64,000 nucleotides of DNA. It comes from Acidimicrobiia bacterium (lineage in GTDB: Bacteria > Actinomycetota > Acidimicrobiia > IMCC26256 > JAMXLJ01). The position numbers and the translations under genes were made by a program. Positions 58,538 to 64,000 of the stretch are shown piece by piece. A model generated the notes under the pieces. That model was not told the origin of the DNA. It searched no databases and saw only the letters and a list, made by a program, of their open reading frames with translations. The stretch covers positions 12,184 to 76,183 of the forward strand of contig DASRES010000031.1 of assembly GCA_035651955.1 (NCBI GenBank), written 5' to 3'. Every line of letters begins with the position of its first letter. Within the stretch, counting starts at the first letter, position 1.

Positions 58538-59244
58538 GCGACCGCGTCTTCACGCAAGACGTCACGGTCCGGCTCGGCGACGTCGGGCGCGACGGCCGTC
58601 TCCGCCTCGCGCCGTTGGCGCGCCATCACCAGGACATCGCCTACGACGACATCTCAGACGCCGGCTTCGGTCGCAGCGGCGCGTGGGTGCTGCGCCGGAT
58701 CGACCTCGACGTCCGTGCGCTCCCACGCTTCCTCGAGAACGTGCGCATGGAGACGCGGGGAACCGGTCTCGGGCCCCGCTGGGCCGAACGTGTGACGACG
58801 TTGCGCGGCGACCGCGGCGCGCACGTGGTGTCACGCGCGGTGTGGATCTTCGTCGACCCGCGGACCGGTCGGCCCGCGCGTCTGCCCGACGGGTTCGACG
58901 CGTGGTTCCCGCACCCCGACGGCGCGCCACGCGTCAGCACACACCTGATCCACCCACCCGCGCCGGCCGACGCCACAGCGCGCGTCTGGACGACCCGCGC
59001 GTCGGACTTCGACCTGATGGGTCACATGAACAACGCGGCTTACTGGGAGCCCGTCGACGAGCTCCTCGCCGCGGGTGAGCGCGGTGCAGTGCGGTGCGCG
59101 CAGCTCGAGTACCACACCCCGATCAACCCGCACGACGAGGTCGCGGTCGTGGTCGCGCCCGCGCGCGGCGACGAGCCGCTCACCGTCTGGATCCGGGTCG
59201 ACGGCGAGACGCGCGCGTCCGCACGCGTCTGGTTCACGTCCTAG
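58534..59244 (+). CDS. Acyl-ACP thioesterase-like (double hotdog) protein
   Basis: Two hotdog halves, the second with DFDLMGHMNNAAYWEP. The GTG start overlaps the upstream stop (GTGA). Confidence 0.75.
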   Translation: MSDRVFTQDVTVRLGDVGRDGRLRLAPLARHHQDIAYDDISDAGFGRSGAWVLRRIDLDVRALPRFLENVRMETRGTGLGPRWAERVTTLRGDRGAHVVSRAVWIFVDPRTGRPARLPDGFDAWFPHPDGAPRVSTHLIHPPAPADATARVWTTRASDFDLMGHMNNAAYWEPVDELLAAGERGAVRCAQLEYHTPINPHDEVAVVVAPARGDEPLTVWIRVDGETRASARVWFTS

Positions 59245-59444
59245 CGCTCGTCGGGCTCGTCGACCTCGACCTGGGCGCCCTCCCGCGAGCGCTCCTCCTC
59301 CATGAGCTCCAGCTCGTACGCCTCGCGGCGCGTCGTCTCGTCCGGGTTGTCCTCGCGCGCTTCCTCGACGAGCTCGTCGATGCGCTCGTTCGGGCGAGCG
59401 CCGGCGTCGTCACGGGCGCGACGGGAGCGCCGGAAGATCCTCAC
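59241..59444 (-). CDS. Small highly charged hypothetical protein
   Basis: 67 aa from GTG 59444, which overlaps the carboxylesterase stop (GTGA). High GC3. Basic N-terminus and acidic C-terminus. GTG 59459 is an alternative start. Confidence 0.4.
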   Translation of the reverse strand: MRIFRRSRRARDDAGARPNERIDELVEEAREDNPDETTRREAYELELMEEERSREGAQVEVDEPDER

Positions 59445-61027
59445 CCGACGCCGTCCCACAGCCGGCGCTCGTCACCGGCCGGGTCCGCGACGACGCGCTC
59501 GCCCTCGCCGTCGAACACGACGACACGACGCGACTCGAGGTCGTACTCGGGCCATCCGGGCTCGCCGGTGCGCGCGAACTCGATCCAGTGTCGGTGCATC
59601 CTGGTCGCGAGCGCCTGGCGCTCGGGGCCGTCACCCGTCAGGATCCCGACGCCGTTCTGGTCGAGCGCGTCCCACACGAAGGGCAGCTCGAGGGCGTGCG
59701 CGGACCGCAGCGCGCCGCCGAACGCGGGCGTCTCCCACGCGAACAGGTACATGTGCACCGGCCGGCCCGCGCGCACTTCGGCCTCCGCGAGGCGGATCGC
59801 CGGGATGCGGAACACCCGGTCGCTCTCGAGCGCGATCAGCGCGTCGCCCAGCGGCGCGCCGAGACGGTTCGACGTGTACAGCCGGGCCGCCTCCTCGCCT
59901 CGTTCGCCGAGCGCGCCGACCGCCCGCTTGGTGAGCGACGCCTCGTCGAGCGACGCGAGCGACGGGTCGAGGAGCAGGAAGAGCGTCATCTCGTGGGCGT
60001 TGGTCCCGATCAGCAGCGGGACGTCACCCGCGTCACCGGCGGCGATCTCCTCGAGCGGCGGGCGTGGGATGTGGAGCCCGTCGACGACGGGGACGAACGG
60101 GAGCTGCGTGCGCGCTTCCTCGTCGTACAGGCGGGACTGGGCGTCGACGACGGCCTGCGCGGGGATCGTCTCGATCTCGTCGACGCGCGACGGGTCGAGG
60201 TCGAGCTTCGCGAGCAGTCGCTCGGCGATGCGCGTCGCGCGAGCCTCGTCGGCGACGAAGGATGCCGACCCGCTCTGTACGATGGCGCGCGCGAACAGTC
60301 CCTGCGCGGCCGGCATGCCGAGCAGTGTGCCGACGCTCATCCCGCCCGCCGACTCGCCGAACACAGTCACGCGGGACGGGTCGCCACCGAAGTTCTCGAT
60401 GTTGTCGCGCACCCACTCCAGCGCGGCGATCTGGTCGAGCAGGCCGCAGTTGCCCGCGTCGGCGAACCGGTCGCGGTCGAACGGCGCGAGGTGCAGGAAG
60501 CCGAGCGCGCCCAGCCGGTAGTTGATCGTCACGACGACGAGGTCGCCGTGCTGGGCGAAGCGCGTGCCGTCGTACCACGGCGTCGAGCCGCTGCCGTTGA
60601 CGAACGCGCCGCCGTGGATCCAGACCATGACCGGCCGGCGCGCGTCGTCGAGGCCGGGCGTCCAGACATTGAGCGTCAGGCAGTCCTCGTCCCAGTGCGG
60701 GCTCGGGGCGCCGAGCATCGCCTCGAACGGCGAGGGCGGCTGCGGCGCGACCGGTCCGGCGTCGAGGCACTCGCGCACGTCGGTCCAGGGATCAGGTGGC
60801 TGGGGCGCGCGGTAGCGGCGCGGTCCGGTGGGCGGCGCCGCGTACGGGATGCCCCGGAACACGTGCACGCCGTTGCCGTCGGCTCCCTCTGGCCGGGCCG
60901 TCCCGCGCGTCCGCGCACGGCCCGGCTCCGTCCGCACGTCTCTGAACGTGCCGCTGACCTTGCCGGAACGGGTGTCGACGGTCGCGTCGGTCACGAGACC
61001 TCCCGGGTGCACGGGGGACGGTTGCAC
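59441..61027 (-). CDS. Carboxylesterase type B (para-nitrobenzyl esterase-like)
   Basis: FRGIPYAAPP, nucleophile GESAGG, conserved acidic and His regions. Confidence 0.9.
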   Translation of the reverse strand: MQPSPVHPGGLVTDATVDTRSGKVSGTFRDVRTEPGRARTRGTARPEGADGNGVHVFRGIPYAAPPTGPRRYRAPQPPDPWTDVRECLDAGPVAPQPPSPFEAMLGAPSPHWDEDCLTLNVWTPGLDDARRPVMVWIHGGAFVNGSGSTPWYDGTRFAQHGDLVVVTINYRLGALGFLHLAPFDRDRFADAGNCGLLDQIAALEWVRDNIENFGGDPSRVTVFGESAGGMSVGTLLGMPAAQGLFARAIVQSGSASFVADEARATRIAERLLAKLDLDPSRVDEIETIPAQAVVDAQSRLYDEEARTQLPFVPVVDGLHIPRPPLEEIAAGDAGDVPLLIGTNAHEMTLFLLLDPSLASLDEASLTKRAVGALGERGEEAARLYTSNRLGAPLGDALIALESDRVFRIPAIRLAEAEVRAGRPVHMYLFAWETPAFGGALRSAHALELPFVWDALDQNGVGILTGDGPERQALATRMHRHWIEFARTGEPGWPEYDLESRRVVVFDGEGERVVADPAGDERRLWDGVG

Positions 61028-61040
61028 GGTGCGTGCATTT

Positions 61041-61781
61041 CTACCGCGCGCCGCTCGCCACCAACGCCGCGCCGATGATCCCCGCGTCGTTGCGCAGCGA
61101 CGCCGGGACGACCTCCGCCTGGGTCGACAGGAGATGCAGGAACTTGTCGCTCCGCTTGCTGACGCCGCCGCCGAGGATGAACAGCTGGGGGCTGAGCAGG
61201 CGTTCGATCGTCGCCAGCACCTCGTTCAGACGTTGCGCCCAGTGGTGCCAGCCGAGGTCCTCGTCGTCGCGCGTGCGGTCCGACGCGCGCTCCTCGGCCG
61301 ACTTCCCGCGGATCTCGAGGTGGCCGAGCTCGGTGTTCGGCACCAGGTGCCCGTCGATGAACACCGCGGAGCCGATCCCGGTGCCGAGTGTGAGGACCAC
61401 GACCGTCCCGTCCCGATCGCGCCCCGCGCCGTAACGCACCTCGGCGAGGCCGGCGGCGTCGGCGTCGTTGATCACGACGGCGTCGCGCCCCGTCTGCTGG
61501 GAGAGCAACGCGTGCACGTCGGTCCCGATCCACGCGTGGTCGACGTTCGCGGCCGTGCGTGCGACGCCATTGACGACGACGGCCGGGAAGGTGCACCCGA
61601 ACGGTCCGTCGGTCTCGAAGGACGACACGACCTTCGCGACGACCTCCGCGACCGGCCCGGGCGGCGCGCCCTCGGGCGTCGGGATGCGCACGCGGTCGAC
61701 GGCGAAGCGGCCCTGTTCGAGGTCGACGGGCGCGCCCTTGATCCCGCTGCCGCCGATGTCGATGCCGAGGACGGTCTGCAT
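61041..61781 (-). CDS. ppgK: Polyphosphate/ATP glucokinase (ROK family)
   Basis: GIDIGGSGIKGA and LTLGTGIGSA, 246 aa as in actinobacterial PpgK. ATG 61781 lies within a longer spurious ORF. Confidence 0.85.
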   Translation of the reverse strand: MQTVLGIDIGGSGIKGAPVDLEQGRFAVDRVRIPTPEGAPPGPVAEVVAKVVSSFETDGPFGCTFPAVVVNGVARTAANVDHAWIGTDVHALLSQQTGRDAVVINDADAAGLAEVRYGAGRDRDGTVVVLTLGTGIGSAVFIDGHLVPNTELGHLEIRGKSAEERASDRTRDDEDLGWHHWAQRLNEVLATIERLLSPQLFILGGGVSKRSDKFLHLLSTQAEVVPASLRNDAGIIGAALVASGAR

Positions 61782-62067
61782 GGCGTCAGTCTGACCCACA
61801 ACGACCGGATGCCGAGACGCACGCCGACCCGCCGCTCCCGCGACTGCCCGAGGATCGCGTCGAGTTCCTCGACCACCGCGACGGCGTGATCGAGTACAGG
61901 CTCCCGTTGCGGCGCGACGTCGCGCGCGTCGTGCGCCGGCACCGGCCGATCGTGCGCCCGGCCTTGCCGGGGAAGGGAAGGTAGCCCTAACCTCCCGCCC
62001 TCGAATCGGTGCAGGGCCAGGCAGGGCGCGGGTGGGCCCCTGTCGTGCAGTGCAGGGGAGCGGCGGG

Positions 62068-63303
62068 ATGCGGGCGGAACGTACGACACGGCGGTTGGGC
62101 GCGGTGCTCGCGCTCGGGGCGATCATCGCGGCGGGCTGCGGCGCATCGCCGCGGGGCGGCGCGGCCCGGGCCCCGGCCCACGACGGGCACGCAGCGCACG
62201 CGGGGCACGCGACACCGACGACCACGGCAGCCGCATCTTCCGACGAGGCCGACGAGCGCGCGTTCGCGGCGCTGCACGGCAAGGTCCGCGTGCACTACAT
62301 CGCGGCCGATCCCGTCGCCTGGGACTACGCGCCGAGCGGCAAGAACCTCGTGACGGGCAAGCCGCTCGGCGAGCCGGAGGCGACCTGGGACGAGCGCGGG
62401 CCGACGACGATCGGCCACGTGTACATGAAGTCGATCTACCGCGAGTACACGGACGCGACGTTCACGAAGCTCGCGCCCGTCGCTCCCGAGTGGCAGCACC
62501 TCGGTGACCTCGGGCCGGTGCTGCACGCCGAGGTCGGCGACACGCTGAAGATCGTGTTCAGGAACAACACGCCGTTCCCGGCGAGCATGCACGCGCACGG
62601 CGTCTACTACGAGAAGGACTCCGAAGGCGCGCCGTACGACGACGGCACGTCGGGTGCCGACAAGGCCGACGACAGCGTCGCGACGGGCGGCACGCACACG
62701 TACGTGTGGCAGGTGCGCGAGCGCTCGGGTCCCGGTCCCGCCGACCCGAGCTCGATCATGTGGATGTACCACTCGCACAGCGACGAGGGCCCGGACGTCT
62801 ACGCGGGCTTGATGGGCGCCATCATCGTCACCCGCAAGGGCATGGCCCGCGCCGACGGCTCACCGCGCGACGTCGACCGTGAGCTCGTCGTGAACTTCGA
62901 GGTCGACGACGAGAACGACAGCCCGTGGATCGACACCAACATCCAGAAGTACACGCTCGACCCATCCGCGGTGGACAAGCAGTCGGACGAGTTCCACGAG
63001 AGCAACCTGATGCACTCGATCAACGGGTACGACTTCGGGAACCTGCCCGGTCTCACCATGAAGCGAGGCCAGCGCGTCCGCTGGTACGTCATGGGCATGG
63101 GGACCGAGGTCGACCTCCACACACCGCACTGGCACGGCAACGACGTCACGTCGATGGGCATGCGCGTCGACGTCGTGAACCTCCTGCCCGCATCGATGGT
63201 CGTCGCCGACATGCGCCCCGACAACCAGGGGACGTGGCTGTTCCACTGCCACGTCAACGACCACCTCGTCGCGGGGATGGAGGCGCTCTACAAGGTCACG
63301 TGA
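62068..63303 (+). CDS. Multicopper oxidase lipoprotein
   Basis: Lipobox AAGC. Copper-ligand motifs HAHGV, HSHSDE, HTPHWHG, HCHVNDH. GGGGAG upstream of ATG 62068. Confidence 0.85.
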   Translation: MRAERTTRRLGAVLALGAIIAAGCGASPRGGAARAPAHDGHAAHAGHATPTTTAAASSDEADERAFAALHGKVRVHYIAADPVAWDYAPSGKNLVTGKPLGEPEATWDERGPTTIGHVYMKSIYREYTDATFTKLAPVAPEWQHLGDLGPVLHAEVGDTLKIVFRNNTPFPASMHAHGVYYEKDSEGAPYDDGTSGADKADDSVATGGTHTYVWQVRERSGPGPADPSSIMWMYHSHSDEGPDVYAGLMGAIIVTRKGMARADGSPRDVDRELVVNFEVDDENDSPWIDTNIQKYTLDPSAVDKQSDEFHESNLMHSINGYDFGNLPGLTMKRGQRVRWYVMGMGTEVDLHTPHWHGNDVTSMGMRVDVVNLLPASMVVADMRPDNQGTWLFHCHVNDHLVAGMEALYKVT

Positions 63304-64000
63304 GGTGGTCCCACACCATCGGGCTCGTCGCGTCGCGGCGGCCGTCGCCCCTCGCCGCGATCGCGTCGAGCATCTCGGCGGGGCTGTGCTTGTCGATGTG
63401 CCCGATCAGCCCGTTGTAGACGCCGTACCCGCACAGCTCGCGCAGGCGGGGTGAGAAGCGCGCCGCGATCTCCCGGGGGATGCCGAGCTGTTGGTTCTCC
63501 TGCTGGCGGATCCAGCCCGCGCAGTAGTTCATCGCGATGCCGACCCGACGATCGTCGGTGCTGTTCGCGCCGCCGCCGTGCCAGAGGCTGCCGTGCCACA
63601 CGAGGACGCTGCCGCGCGGCATCTCGGCCGCGACGCTCTCGTACGGCCGGCCGTAGTCGGGTGAGTGGTCCGCGAGGTGCGAGCCCGGGATCACGCGCGT
63701 CGCGCCGTTCGCCTCGGTGAAGTCCGTGAGCGCCCACATCGTGTTGCACACCGTCGGCGCGTGCGGCTTGGCCAGCGGGATGAGCTGGTCGTCGGCGTGG
63801 ATCGGCTGCGCGACCTCGCCGGGGCAGATCGCGATCGACGACAGCGACGACACCAGGCAGCCGCGGTCGAGCACCCCCTCGACGATCGGCAGCACGTTCG
63901 GGTGCACCGGGATGCGTTCGTAGCACTCGCCGAACGCGAGGAGGTTGTAGATGCGGACGGTCTTCGCGCCCTCGAAGCTGTTCGCGGACGGCGTGACGTC
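63296..64000 (-). CDS. Phytanoyl-CoA dioxygenase (PhyH) family protein, N-terminus outside window
   Basis: Fe(II)/2OG facial triad context (IHADD ... WHGSLWHGGGAN). The frame stays open to the window end. The 3' end overlaps the convergent multicopper oxidase gene by 8 nt. Confidence 0.8.
   Translation of the reverse strand, partial: DVTPSANSFEGAKTVRIYNLLAFGECYERIPVHPNVLPIVEGVLDRGCLVSSLSSIAICPGEVAQPIHADDQLIPLAKPHAPTVCNTMWALTDFTEANGATRVIPGSHLADHSPDYGRPYESVAAEMPRGSVLVWHGSLWHGGGANSTDDRRVGIAMNYCAGWIRQQENQQLGIPREIAARFSPRLRELCGYGVYNGLIGHIDKHSPAEMLDAIAARGDGRRDATSPMVWDHLT

Noticed and set aside
61979-61993. CsoR-like copper operator (GTAGCCC...) upstream of the multicopper oxidase
   Set aside because: Only a 4-7-4 weak inverted repeat (AGGT-AGCCCTA-ACCT). 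There is no GC-rich pseudo-palindrome of the CsoR type and no CsoR or CopZ gene nearby.

Overview
High-GC (roughly 70% or more G+C by eye) actinobacterial-type chromosomal segment, densely coding on both strands. I call about 60 CDS. I saw no rRNA, tRNA, CRISPR array, transposase, integrase or phage genes. Because of the GC content all six frames carry long spurious ORFs, so calls rest on recognisable family motifs, codon-position GC pattern and start/stop geometry (GTG starts and 1-4 nt start/stop overlaps are common). Content: acyl-CoA/lipid catabolism (four acyl-CoA dehydrogenases, crotonase, family III CoA-transferase, two thiolase-like/DUF35 pairs, acyl-CoA synthetase, aldehyde and alcohol dehydrogenases, P450); central metabolism (gltA, gltBD, ppgK); a decaprenyl-phospho-arabinose locus (ubiA-dprE1-dprE2) with a GT-C-like membrane protein and two paralogous acyltransferase-3 genes; an MMPL transporter; signalling proteins (REC-GAF-EAL, class III cyclase); and assorted hydrolases and oxidoreductases. 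Most interesting observations: (1) a tightly overlapped five-gene module (ApbE, ferric-reductase-like di-haem membrane protein, NuoF-like protein, ferredoxin) in which I see no canonical FMN-binding domain, and which starts with a membrane-tethered poly-Ser protein ending in SGAS; (2) a 16-bp palindrome CTGAC-N6-GTCAG found five times exactly plus one variant, only in promoter-proximal non-coding DNA next to lipid-metabolism genes; (3) an ArsC-family gene with an in-frame TGA exactly at the catalytic Cys codon, followed by a hairpin (candidate selenoprotein or pseudogene); (4) a 46-nt hairpin repeat present twice, 16-17 nt after stop codons, with a compensatory base-pair change. Nothing looks like a defence island or mobile element. 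All novelty claims are hypotheses that need database searches and experiments I could not run.
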